A DNA stretch of 64,000 nucleotides from Macrostomum lignano. Its lineage: Eukaryota. Both the position numbers and the translations under genes were made by a program. Positions 1 through 12,672 of this stretch are shown piece after piece. The notes beneath the pieces are model-generated. The model worked only from the letters and a program-made list of their open reading frames with translations, did no database searches and had not been told where the DNA came from. The DNA lies in the NCBI GenBank assembly GCA_002269645.1, contig NIVC01000555.1, positions 244,482 to 308,481 on the forward strand, written 5' to 3'. How positions within the stretch are numbered: the stretch's first letter is position 1; each line of letters begins with the position of its first letter.

Positions 1-3000
1 CGGAGCCGTGGTCGGTTGCAGCGGCGGACAGCGCCCGGCCGGTTGGCAGCCACACCCGAATTGTGCAATCGTCGCTGGCTGTGACCAACATGCCGTGGTG
101 CTGGGGATTCCACGCTACAGAGTTCACGATGCCCGAGTGACCCGACAGTCTGTAGGGAGGTGGTCAGGGCGGAGTTTGACACATTGTTCCTTAGTAGGTC
201 ATTGTGACCCCCAAGTCCTACAGTAGGTCACTGTGACTTCCAATTCCTACAGTAGGTCACTGTGACCCCCAATTCCTACAGTAGGTCACTGTAACTTCCA
301 ATTCATACAGTAGGTCACTGTGACACCCGATTCCTATAGTAGGTACCCCAGCACACACAAAGACACCCAGTTACCCCAGCACATTCTGGTCACAAAGACA
401 CCCAGTTACCCCAGCACATTCTGGTCACAAAGACACCCAGTTACCCCAGCACATTCTGGTCACAAAGACACCCAGTTACCCCAGCACATTCTGGTCACAA
501 AGACACCCAGTTACCCCAGCACATTCTGGTCACAAAGACACCCAGTTACCCTAGCACATTCTGGTCACAAAAACACCCAGTTACCCCAGCACACACAAAG
601 ACTAGTTCAGACACCCCTCCCTCACCTGTCAGGCTGGGAGTCGGCCCCTCCAATACGCCAAACATGGGCGCAATTGTCCTGCGATCCGGAGGCCAAAAAG
701 TTGCCAGTCAGCCCGCCGAAGCAGGCGTGCAGACAGTAGCCGCCTTGACTGATTCCAGGGCCTGCCAGCCGCTGCAGACAGACCCGATGCTGAAGATCCC
801 ACAGCCGCAGGCCAGAGTTGACAACATTCAATGCGGCAACCTGCTGGTCTCTGGACAGGCACATGGCTATAATACTGCCGTCCTCCTGCAGCAGGGTCTC
901 GTCTTGCATTGTGTCGAACCTGTACTGCCGAACTCGACCGAAAGAATCTGCAGCCAAGGCGGCCGTGTTGCCGTCGCGGTCCGTTCTGGTTGCCAGGGCA
1001 ACTACGCGAATGAAATCCCAGGATTTGCGGTAGCCGGCCTCCAGGCTGAACAGGTAGAACTGGCCTGCAGGTTGGGGGGCGATGGTGCGTTTAGGGGTGA
1101 TTGTCAAGGGTTTTTAGGAGCGATTTTCATGTGTTTATTGGAGATTCTCAGGAGTGTTTAAGGGAGATTCTCAAGGGTGCTTAAGGGAGATTCTCAGGAG
1201 TGTTTAAGGGAGATTCTCAAGGGTGTTTAAGGGAGATTCTCAGGGAGTGTTTAAGGGAGATTCTGAAGGGTGTTTATTGGAGATTCTCAAGGCTGTTCAG
1301 GGGAGATTCTCAAAGGTGTCTAAGGAAGATTCTCAAGGCTGTTTAAGGAAGATTCTTAGGGTGTTTGAGGGAGATTCTCAGGAGTGTTTAAGGGAAATTT
1401 TCAAGGGTGTTCAATGGAGATTCTCAAGGCTGTTCAGGGGAGATTCTCAATGGTGTTTAAGGGAGATTCTCAGGGAGTGTTTAAGGGAGATTCTCAAGGG
1501 TGTTGATTGGAGATTCTCAAGGCTGTTCACGGGAGATTCTCAAAGGTGTTTAAGGGAGATTCTCAGGAGTGTTTAAGGAAGATTCTTAGGGTGTTTAAAG
1601 GAGATTCTCAGGAGTGTTTAAGGGAGATTTTCAAGGGTGTTTAATGGAGATTCTCAAGGCTGTTCAGGGGAGATTCTCAAAGGTGTTTAGGGGAGATTCT
1701 CAAAGGTGTTTAAGGGAGATTCTCAGGAGTGTTTGAGGGAGATGGAGATTCTTAAGGGTGCTTAAGGAAGATTCTCAAAGTTGTTTAACGGAGATTCTCA
1801 GGAGTGCTTAAGGAAGATTCTCAAGGGTATTTAAGAAAGATTCTTAGGGTGTTTGAGGGAGATTCTCGGGAGTGTTTAAGGGCGATTCTCAAGGGTGTTT
1901 AGCGAAGATTCTCAATGGTGTTTAGCGGAGATTCTCAAAGGTGATTAAGGGAGATTCTTAAGGTCTGTTCAGGGGAGATTCTCAACAGCTTACCTCGAAT
2001 GCCCCCGGCAACAAAGTGCACAGAGTCGGGAAACCAAGCCGCAGTGGTCAGCGACTCTTCCGGCGTGCCACCCCGGCTGAATCGCTGCGGCTCCGAGCTG
2101 CCGCCGCTCAGCACAGAGGCGCTGTTAACAACCACGCTAGCGCCGTTAGGATGAGACTCCGCCAACAGGGAATGATGATGAGCAGCAGCTGACGCAGGCG
2201 GCAGCAGCGGCGGCGGAGAGACGCACCAGACAAGCACGTCGGAGCTGTCCTCGGCAGCGCAGCACAGCAACAGTCGGCTGTCTGGAGACCAAGCTAGACA
2301 GGCCACTCCGCCTCGCTCCTCGCCGATGTGGTACCGCCTAGCAACGCTCAGTCGGAGCGTCAGGTCGTCAACGCGCCAGATGAACACGGCGCCGTCTTTG
2401 CAGCCGGTGGCCAGGTGGCGGCCGTCTGGGGAGAATTGACAGCAGCGCACCTCGTCCTGGTGCTGGTCGGCCACCTGACGAGATCGGGCATGGTGGGCAG
2501 GGTTATAGATCAGTTTATGGAGATTTAATCACAGGTAGTCTGAGGTGTCTGAGGACAGGTAGCCCCCCAGTCTCTGAGGTGTCTGAGGACAGGTAGCCTT
2601 TGGTCTCTGAGGTGTCGGTGGACAGGTAGCCCCCAGTCTCTGAGGTGTCTGAGGACAGGTAGCCTTTAGTCTCTGAGGTGTCTGAGGACAGGTAGCCTTT
2701 AGTCTCTGAGGTGTCTGAGGACAGGTAGCCTTTAGTCTCTGAGGTGTTTGAGGACAGGTAGCCTTTAGTCTCTGAGGTGTTTGAGGACAGGTAGCCCCCA
2801 GTCTCTGAGGTGTCTGAGGACAGGTAGCCCCCAGTCTCTGAGGTGTCTGAGGACAGGTAGCCCCAGTTTCTGTGGACAGGTAGCCCCAGTCTCTGTGGAC
2901 AGGTAGCCCAATCTCAGAAGTCAGTCTGCAATGATATCCGCTCTCTCACCTGGCCACATCTGGCTGGAAACTCGGCGCTGTCCCTGCTGCAGGCGTGATC

Positions 3001-4954
3001 AGCCAGTAGCGACACCTCGGCAACGGGCAGGTCGGTGTTGTGATAGCGACACTTGGCCAGCTGGTACTGCACAGCTTCATCTAACAGTGACAGAAGTCGC
3101 CTGGGAGGCAGCATCACAGCCGGGGGGAAGAACTGCTGCAGTTGGTCTAGTAGGGCCTCGCGAGTGCCTTGATAGTTGGTTGGCACAGGGCTGAGAGTTA
3201 AATACTATTCAATTTAAATAGTAGCAGGTAATAACTGCTTGACAAAAATGACATGTTAGAGAATGGCTTCAACAGGTAAACACATTTAAAAAAGGAATAG
3301 AAGGCGATTAACTGGAGGGGTAGACAGCGGACCTCCAAAAATGAGTGGCGGATACCGGCCCTCTAAAAGAGACGGGGCGGATAGCGACCCTCTAAAAGAG
3401 AGGCGGATACCGGCCCTCTAAAAGAGAAGGCGGATCGTGGCCCTCTAAAGAGTAGGGGCAAATAGCGCCCCTCTAAAAATTGGGGTGGATAGTGGCCCTC
3501 TAAAAAGGGGGCGGATAGACAAAACGGTTTTCTAAAAGGCCGGATAGATCAGCAGCCCACTGAATGTGCGGATTGATCTACTAACAGTAGTTAAATTGCG
3601 ATAAAATATTCAATTATCATCAAGACAGTGTCAACAGGAACTCACCGGCAAGGGAGCCGGGCCAGCCGCTAATCCTGTGCAACTCTTCGGCATCGCTGCA
3701 CATGATATAAGTGCTGAGCTCGTGCACTCGGCCGGTGTTGAACTTCAGCGGAGTCAGCCGGTTGCGCAGTACATTCAAAGCGCCCATGTAGTCGCCGGCT
3801 TCAAGCAGCTCCATGTAGCGCTGCTCGCATAGGCGGAATGCGATCTCCGTTGCCGAGGATGCTTCGGTTACCAGCGACTGAAGGGATTGGCGATTGTCAA
3901 ATGGTTCTTGGTGTTGCAATGGGGATTTCTTTGGTTTACAGAATGAGGATTGCTTTTTTGCAATGGAGATTTCTTAGTTTCGGAATGAGGATTTCTTGGT
4001 TTCTGGAATGGGGATTTCTTGGTTTCCGGATTGGGGATTTCTTAGTTTCGGAATGGGGATTTCTTGGTTTCCGGAATGGGGATTTCTTGGTTTCGGAATG
4101 GGGATTTCTTGGTTTCTGGAATGGGGATTTCTTGGTTTCGGAATGAGGATTTCTTGGTTTCCGGAATGGGGATTTCTTGGTTTCGGAATGGGGATTTCTT
4201 GGTTTCCGGAATGAGGATTTCTTGGTTTCTGGAATGAGGATTTCTTGGTTTCGGAATAAGGAGTTCTTGGTTTCTGGAATGGGGATTTCTTGGTTTCTGG
4301 AATGGGGATTTCTTGGTTTCCGGGATGGGGATTTCTTGGTTTCCGGGATGGGGATTTCTTGGTTTCCGGGATGGGGATTTCTTGGTTTCCGGGATGGGGA
4401 TTTCTTGGTTTCTGAAATAAGGATTTCTTGGTTTCGGAATAGGGATTTCTTGGTTTCGGAATAGGGATTTCTTGGTTTCGGGATGGGGATTTTTAGATTT
4501 TCGGAATAGTTTTTCAAGGTTTCGGAATGGGGATTTCTTGGTTTCCAGAATGGGGATTTACAGTTTTGAGAATGAGATTTCTGGCTTTAAATATAGGAAT
4601 ATCCAGCAGTTTCTACTCAAACAAAAAGCAGTCTCAATATGATGAGGCTTTCACCTGCAGCGACTGCATGCACTCCTCAGCCGCGTCCCAGTCGCCATTG
4701 GCAACGTGCCTGCGAAAGCTAGCAGCGGCGCTGTTCTCCAGGGCGCAGCCGCTCTCCTGCACGAGGGCATCGACGCTGTGCGAGAGGCCCAGCTCGCGAA
4801 GGAACTGCCCGATGAGGCGCACAGTCTCCAGGCTGCGCTCATTCAGCGGTGGCGACACGGCAGAAGCCGCGGCGGCAGCGGCAGCTTCGGCAGTTGATGC
4901 TGCATGGTTACCGCTGTTGCCATTGGTAACGCCATTTAAGCATCCATTCTCCAT
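1..4954 (-). CDS. WDR26: WD repeat-containing protein 26 (CTLH/GID E3 ligase subunit, Gid7 homologue), 6 exons, 3' end beyond window start
   Basis: Exons deduced from GT-AG sites with matching phases: 4954-4655, 3877-3646, about 3167-2950 (weak AAG acceptor chosen because it restores phase), 2474-1994, 1064-626, 149-<1. The product has a LisH segment ([27 protein letters not shown]), a CTLH segment ([27 protein letters not shown]), the WDR26 signature [19 protein letters not shown]...CRYHN and WD40 repeats ([29 protein letters not shown]; [21 protein letters not shown]; [15 protein letters not shown]...[11 protein letters not shown]). Confidence 0.93.
189..600. repeat. Two adjacent minisatellites in WDR26 intron 5 (29-bp unit, then 35-bp unit)
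   Basis: CCTACAGTAGGTCACTGTGAC(TT/CC)CCAATT repeated at about 189-343; ACCCAGTTACCCCAGCACATTCTGGTCACAAAGAC repeated at about 345-600. Confidence 0.95.
1140..1985. repeat. About 22-23-bp minisatellite filling WDR26 intron 4
   Basis: GGGAGATTCTCAAGGGTGTTTAA variants in tandem. Confidence 0.95.
2535..2915. repeat. 33-bp minisatellite in WDR26 intron 3
   Basis: TCTCTGAGGTGTCTGAGGACAGGTAGCC(TTT/CCC)AG in tandem. Confidence 0.95.
3310..3550. repeat. Degenerate minisatellite of about 27-30 bp in WDR26 intron 2
   Basis: Recurrent GGCGGATA..GGCCCTCTAAAAG units. Confidence 0.85.
3915..4560. repeat. About 22-23-bp minisatellite in WDR26 intron 1
   Basis: GGAATGGGGATTTCTTGGTTTC(C/T/G) in tandem. Confidence 0.95.
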
Positions 4955-7882
4955 GATGTGCGATTAGTTCAGGTGACTTTTACACAGGATTTGAGATTCT
5001 GTATCCCTACAGCAGTAGCGAACTTATAACACTGATTTGATGGCAACTTTCTTCTCTTGCAAAAGAGAAAGTTTAAGAGAAACTGTTGGCAAAGCCTGCT
5101 ATTGCAATCGATTAAAGTCAGAAAAAGTGCAAAGCAGGAAAAATCAATATTTAAGCATTGTTTGACATTCCATTAAAATGTTTGATTGAAAATTTTTGTA
5201 CTAGGATTTATGATGGGCATTTAAACTTTTCTACAATGAGAGAAGAAATTACTATTAATTTAATATTCAAAATGCAGGATTTCTTTTGTGACAAAAGGCA
5301 AAGACCCAAGTAAACCTGAAAAAGTAGAGGAAGGACAGGATAGCAATACAAATTTCTTTGTTATAAGATAGCATATCAAGACATGTTTATAAGCAGCTAC
5401 ACTACAAAATAGAATCCAAAAATACCTACTTTTATTGTGGCAATCCTGATATCTTCCATAAAAAGGAAAAGGCCAATATATATCAATAAGGTAAATATAT
5501 GTAATAGTGCATACCTTTCTAGAATATAATATATAGAATACTCTAAACATATGTAGGCCACAAAATGAATCTTCCTTTTGCTAATTAATAATTAACAAAT
5601 TAGTCCTATATACTCCTTGAAATATTCTTGTGTAGCCTACAAAATACTTGCATTCATATGTTGTTTCTTTTAATCATTTATATAATATCCATATTCTTTT
5701 GCTAAGTCTATTTTGTGTGAGTGTCGATAAGGCAATTACTATGGAACCAAAGGCCATTCTAAGGTTTTTTTACTTAGAAATCTAAGGTTAGTATCCTCTT
5801 ACTTGCTATGACTAGTACTTGGTGTTTGTCTTAAAAAATATAAGTGCAGTTATAAGTGCACCTATGTATACATTATCATTTGCTTTACACTTTTAAAGTT
5901 GCACTTTTCATACTTGTAGTACCTACTTATCTTGCTTTTTTAGTTCAAAACATACATGCGCAACAGTCGGCCAAGTTGGCCGATCTGGCCAACTGATTTG
6001 GCGGCCAACCAATTTACTCGTAAGTCACAAAAATGCCCAACTGAATAAATACCCCCAGAGTAGTACTAAGTAGATGACGAGGCATTTTGCCTCAATGAGA
6101 CACTTATAGTTACTCTTGCCATTTACCCAAAGTTGCATTAATTTTGCTTTAGTTTTCTTTTACATGTAAGTTGCATTTTTGGCCAAAAACTACATCGCAT
6201 TTTTGTTAAAACTAAGTCACACAGCCAACCGAATTTTGGAGGTTGCATATGTATGGTTCAAAATATCATTTTTCTCTATTTTGCAATTTTTTTAACACTA
6301 TTAGTTCTTAGTATAAGATGGCTCAGGAACTTTAGTATATGCAATCTGGTAGCATTTTTTAAAACTTGAAAAACTAGAAAGTCTAAACATTAGCGCTTTA
6401 CTTTGTAATAGCAAATTCAAAATACAGAGAAAGACATGTACAACATGCAACAATGCAACAATAGCAATAATAGATAGATAAAAGCTTGAAGTTCATACAA
6501 TAATAGATGCATAAGATAGTGCAAGACCTAAGGAAGATTCACTATCTAGTAAAGCAATAACCACTAAAGACAATGCTTAAAGAAAATCTAATTCTTCAAT
6601 TATGAAAAAGAAACCATTTAGCATTCCTAAACCATAAGAAAATATATCTTAATATCTTATTATGCTATTGCTATTCCTATAAAAGATAATCCTATTGAAC
6701 TGATTTGCTTTGCTATAGAAATAAGTACAACAAAGATTATAAATAAATACTCAATATTCAATTGATAGCAATATACTCCATTAAACAGTATATACATAAT
6801 TATATGATATGCTAATATATATATTATATATATATTTTTTATATGCTTATTACACTATATATTTATTATTAGCAATTAGCATATTGCTAAGAGACATAGT
6901 GTAGACATAGACAAATATATTGTCTATGTCTACACTTAGCCTCTTAGTTTTTATATATAGGCCCCCTATATTAAGATATAGAAAGGAGGCCCCTTTTATA
7001 ATAATAAAAAAGAAAGCTTCCATTGAAGCCTTGCACTTTTCAACCAACCAAATAGTGTATCATAAAATATTTGCCAATTTACCTTTACTATTCAACAAAT
7101 ATACCATATAAGCTAGGCCTAGGCTAGTTGATAATAAAAATCTGATAAGTTTATTATTAGCATCTACAAGTATATTGTACTTGTAGCAATTAGAAATAAA
7201 AAACATGTTTAAATACATTGATATAATAGGGGCCTACTACTAACTTTTAAAGATCATTGTTATCAATCTTAGGGCTTAGGTTAGGCCTATATGAGTTATA
7301 ACTTGAATATAATATTAAATAACATTGAAATATCTTTAAAGTCATTATAAAAACTATTATTATTGATTTTTACATAGGCTTACAAGTTATTATGACCATT
7401 AAAATATTAGCTTTGCTATTTATTTAGTTCATTAAGTCAATTAAATAAGATATTTATTTTATAATATATATTATAGGGCCTAATATTTATTTTACATATT
7501 GATTATAATATAATAATAACTTAACTATTTAATTGGTCAAAATATATAAGCCTAGACTAATAATAGGCCTAACAACTATCATTTTTAAATATTAGGTCTA
7601 ACCCTAGGCCTATAGCCTTATAGTTATAGACACTTAGCTAGGGCTTTATATTATGCTAGGTCCTTAACAGCTTTTATTCTTGATCCCAAGTCATGTGGCT
7701 TATATTTTACATAAATAGGTCTTATGGATTTCTTTCAATATAGGGCCTAATAAATATAGGGGCGAAAAGGCCTATAATGCTAATACTGCATTATAAAATT
7801 TTGAGATTATTTAGAACTTAAGTTCTACAGTGTGCAATCTATTAGGCCTAGGCTATTATATTTTTATTACAAAATATATTGG

Positions 7883-8059
7883 AAATGGCAGATCCAGAGG
7901 GGGCAGGGGAGGCAGCCACCTCCTCCCTCTTTTGCCATGGCTAAACTTGTATAAAAAAGGGGAGCATTGCAATTTTTGGATTATTTAAAGCTTATTCTGG
8001 GCCAATCTGCCTGGGACTACCCCCTCTACTCTACTTTAAAAATCCTGGATCCGCCACTG
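7883..8059. mobile_element. hAT-type MITE (177 bp)
   Basis: Imperfect 15-bp TIRs (AAATGGCAGATCCAG ... CTGGATCCGCCACTG) flanked by a perfect 8-bp direct repeat TATATTGG (7875-7882 and 8060-8067). An 8-bp TSD is characteristic of hAT elements. Confidence 0.85.
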
Positions 8060-9547
8060 TATATTGGTATGTGTTGCCTGTGAGGCCTAATAAGCAGTTC
8101 AAAATGACAAAAGGCAATAGGCCTACTCCTAGTTTAGACCTAATAGGGCCTAGCTAAAATAAAATGTCATCAAAATTAAACTTAGAATGGCACTTAGAAT
8201 GAAACTTAGAATGGCATTTGCAGCGAATAGCGTGACTTGCACTTACATTACAATTGCGTGCTTCCTTACTTACACTACTTTTTGTTTGGGGTAAGTCTAT
8301 GTCTCTACACTTAGGCTTAGCCTCTTATCTTAGGTAGCATCACTAGCTAGAGCCTGCACCTTTATTAAAGCTTGTTGAAAAGCAGAGAGACGAGTGCTTA
8401 GAGAATTTACTTGTGTGACACAACAATGCGTACATATTACATAAAGCGCCAGTCGACGTGTCTGTGTGTCCCTGCGGCTGCCGCTGCTTGGGCCTGTGCA
8501 TGTCGGCCGACAATAAAATTTTTGTTGTTTAAACATGTCTGTCTGTGAAACCAGATGATTAGACGTATTTAAACAACTATCAACATACTCTAAAATAGCT
8601 AAGCTATCCAGTATTTGCAAGTATGTATGGATATAAAGCTCCTATACGTTTTTAAAACTTCACTAGGGGTTAATCCTAGGTGATACTGATACGCGATACT
8701 GATGGGTTGATTTTTTTAAATTAGAAAATTCTAAGAAAAAATTCTAGAAAGCTCTAGAAAACTCTCGCACAGTATTTATAAATGTCTTTACTCTTAACCC
8801 AGGGCAATGCGTCGGGGCATGCCATAGGGTCATGTAACCTTATCACTTAAAATAGTTTTGCTACATCAATTTGACTATAGACTAGACTTAGCTATCATTA
8901 TACGTTGGTATTGGTATTAGCACACAATTTGTGAAATGTGAGCCTTCGTCAGATTTCTAATTTCAAAAAATATATATTTGTGTATTTGCATTCTTTTTTA
9001 CTTTAATAATGCGGCTACTTTTTATCTGGTTACAATATAGGTCTATGTCTAGCCTATTGTGAATATTTATTCTCTTATTCATTATTTATTGTTATCAGGG
9101 AAAATGTATACCTATCTGAGGTTTTATTGCAAAGGTGCATTAGCATTTTTGACATTGGTATATAATATATATGCAATTTCTAACTATGTATGTATATTGA
9201 ATTTTGAAATGATATTGAGAAACATTTATGTCTTTTTTATCAAGTTTTATATCAAATAACTTTAAATAACCTTTAAATAAAATAAATGGATATTTTTAGT
9301 CAATATATTAAATAAGTTTAGTAATCTATTTTAAATTTCTTGATTAAATTGAATTAAAAAATATTATATTTATATGCATTCTAGACCTTATTTTTGTGCT
9401 TAAAATCTAATAATATATTGAATAAATAAACCTGATCATAATAAGCATAAACACCTTCAGCATGCTTACCATGAGCTAGTCTGATCATAACCATGACTCA
9501 TGAGCATCATCGCCAAGAACAAACCTGATCACACCAAAAACTGATGC

Positions 9548-10738
9548 ATGGCCTCGCCATACTCAGTCGAGGTGCTCAGAGCTGGCTACAGCTCAGACGA
9601 GCGCAGCGCATGCACCATCACCCTGGTTAGCGGAGCCAACCAGCACATCCTCATCGACACTGGCGGTCCCTGGGAGGCCGACCTGCTAACCAACTTGCTG
9701 ACTGCTCGCGGCCTCTCAGCCTCCAGCATCAGCATGGTGATCTGCACGCACGGTCACGTGGATCACATCGGCAATCTGGCCATGTTCTCAACCGGCTGTC
9801 CTAACAAACTCATGATTGTCGGCTGCGATATTGCTCAATCTCCTGATCGATTTCTGGCCCACGATTTTCGGTCCGGCATCGCCTACGAGTTGGACGAGTT
9901 TGTCCGGATTGTACACACGCCGGGACACTCGTCCGACGATGTCACCGTGCTGGTTAGGACCAGTTCGGGGCCGCTGTTTGAGGCCATGAAGGCTGAGGGA
10001 GAGTCCGAGATAACGGTACGAAATTATAGGTGTTTATTTTTTCAATCTGTTTTGATCGCCTAGTCATGTAGTTCATATAAACGCGGGCTTTTCTTTACAT
10101 ATTTCTGCTATCTGTCATGGCTACTTCTAATAAGTTGCCTTGTTTTCTGAACAATTCCGTTCTGACTCCTTATAGCCACCTGAGTGATTCCCCTCTATAG
10201 CCACCTGAGCGATTCCCCTCTGACTCATTATAGCCACCTGAGCGATTCCCCTCTGACTCCTTATAGCCACCTCTGAAATTTCCCTCTGACTTCTTATAGC
10301 CACCTGAGCGATTCCCTCTGACTCATTATAGCCACCTGAGCGATTCCCCTCTGACTCCTTATAGCCACCTAAGCGATTCCCCTCTATAGCCACCTGAGCG
10401 ATTCCCCTCTGACTCATTTATAGCCACCTGAGCGATTCCCCTCTGATTCCTTATAGCCACCTGAGCAATTCTCCTCTGACTCCTTACAGCCACCTGAGCA
10501 ATTCCCCTTCGCAACGCCATTCCCGCAGGTGGCCGTGGCGGGCGACCTGTTCGAATCCGAGGCCGACTTCAATGCCGACGGCGACGCCCAGTGGATGAGC
10601 CGGTCAGCCAACTCGGAGGTGCAGACCGACCAGCGCAAGCGAATTCTGCACAAGTCGCAGGCGGTGGTGCCCGGCCATGGGCCCGCGTTCCGCGTCAAGC
10701 CGGAATTCCAACGCTCGGTTAGTGTGGAGGAAATGTGA
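9548..10738 (+). CDS. MBLAC1: Metallo-beta-lactamase domain-containing protein 1-like, 2 exons (9548-10015, 10529-10738)
   Basis: MBL-fold motifs ILIDTG, THGHVDHIGN (HxHxDH), HTPGHS, AGDLF and VVPGHG. Donor ACG|GTACG and acceptor CCCGCAG|GTG are both phase 0. Confidence 0.88.
10170..10510. repeat. 33-bp minisatellite in the MBLAC1 intron
   Basis: GCCACCTGAGCGATTCCCCTCTGACTCCTTATA in tandem, with shortened units. Confidence 0.95.
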
Positions 10739-10834
10739 CAACCGCTTGCTGGCTTGCTAGGCACTTGAGTTGGCTGAGTCTCCGCGTTTTGTAACTTGGC
10801 AGTTTATCACTGTTCGTGTTCCTACACTCAGCAC

Positions 10835-11285
10835 CTCTGACTCTGCCTTTCTCTCTGCTTCTCCCTCTGTCTCCTCTCTGTCTCCCTCTCTGTCTCCTCT
10901 CTGTCTCCCTCTCTGTCTCCCTCTCTGTCTCCCTCTGTCTCCTCTCTGTCTCCCTCTCTGTCTCCTCTTTGTCTCCCTCTCTGTCTCCCTCTCTGTCTCC
11001 CTCTCTGTCCCCCTCTCTGTCTCCCTCTCTGTCTCCCTCTCTGTCTCCTCTCTGTCTCCCTCTCTGTCTCCCTCTCTGTCTCCCTCTCTGTCCCCCTCTC
11101 TGTCTCCTCTCTGTCTCCCTCTCTGTCCCCCTCTCTGTCTCCCTCTCTGTCTCCCTCTCTGTCTCCCTCTCTGTCTCCTCTCTGTCTCCCTCTCTGTCTC
11201 CCTCTCTGTCTCCCTCTCTGTCTCCTCTCTGTCTCCCTCTCTGTCTCCTCTCTGTCTCCCTCTCTGTCTCCCTCTCTGTTTCTGT
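10835..11285. repeat. CT-rich simple repeat of about 12 bp
   Basis: (TCTCCCTCTCTG)n. The ORFs overlapping it are repeat artefacts. Confidence 0.95.
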
Positions 11286-12672
11286 ATCTTTTTATAAACT
11301 TTTCTGTTTGTCTTGCCATGTCTCTATACTTGTCTATTTTCAGCCACTCCTTATGCAGTCAGTCATTACTTCCTGCTTCCTGGTTCTAATTTATCTATTC
11401 AATGTCTGTCGCAGTATCCCGGTAACAGCACGGCGGTCTTAACGTGTTCTAAATATTATTCAATCACAAGTAGCGCTCCAAAGTATATGTTTAAATCCAA
11501 AGTCTCTTTCATATTAGTATTTATCGTTGCATTCTTTTTGCATAAAAAGAATCCTAAATTCTAGACAGCAAATTCGACACTAGCTACTTGTAACTGTTAG
11601 TAGTTTAAAGTACGTATTTTTCATTTTTTTCGCTGTCATTAGGCATGTTATTTTTCCTATGCACTCATTAGTAGTATATATAGTCTATTCTCATTAAACA
11701 TATTCAGCTATCTCCGTGTTCTACCCTTGGATTTTCAAAGGCTTTATATGAACTGCTTTTCCGTTTACCAACCTATTTGCTATTTCTAATGTTTTTTGCT
11801 TCCAGTATCTAGTGGTAGACTGCCGCTTTCTGTTGGGCGCGATCAGTTTAAGTTGAAGTTAAAATAACAAATAAAAACGAACTACAATCAAAGTTTGCTT
11901 CTATTGCTAGTTTTGAAGCTTGCGTTGTTTTCGTTTAAACGGGGCTATACATTAATTTACTTATATTTTCCGACTGATTGTTCATTTTTAAGCTAGGAAA
12001 ATAGCACAGGTATCAGAATAGCTTGAAATACCAACCAAAAAATTCGCTCGCGAATCTGCTCTTTTCAGTAGTATAATTAGCGTTATTTGTGTTTAAAGTT
12101 TTTGAGTCTGCGATAATTGCCTCCGGCTTTCTACAAGCAAGATCAAGTTAATTTTTTTCTTTTTATCCTATTTTTACCTATTTCAGACTGCTTCAGACTT
12201 GGAATTGTTTAAAAAAGTTTTGTCCGTTTGACTTTGACCTCTCTCCTTATTGCTCTCTTATTGGCTGAGCTAGATTGGGCCTGCCCCTAGGCTGAGTTTC
12301 GTCCGTCTAACTTTAACTTCTCTCCTTACTGCTCTCTTATTGACTGAGCTAGATTGGACCTGCCCCCCCCTTAGGCTGAGTTTCGTCAGTCCTGTGTTGA
12401 CTTGTGTACATCGAGTTGAATGCTTGTTGCTAATTCTTAAAACCAGTAGCTTTTTTCGACACACAGTCACTATTGAAGGATGGCACGCCACGCATACCAT
12501 GGGGCTTCAATCTCTTTCCCACTACCTCAGAGCACTGTGTCAATTTACGGCTACAGTTTATTTTAAAGTTGTCTATTGTAAAAACAGTTCAGAATCATGC
12601 AGCAATTTTTCCTGATAACACAAACTTTTCGAACTTTACTGTATAATTAAGTCAACTCTCGCGAGACTTAAA

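Noticed and set aside
320-739. ORFs with repetitive peptides in WDR26 introns (also 1223-1576 and 3936-4517)
   Set aside because: They are translations of intronic minisatellites. The true exons splice around them in phase.
10770-11442. Long SLSP/LCLP/REGD ORFs
   Set aside because: Artefacts of a CT-rich simple repeat.
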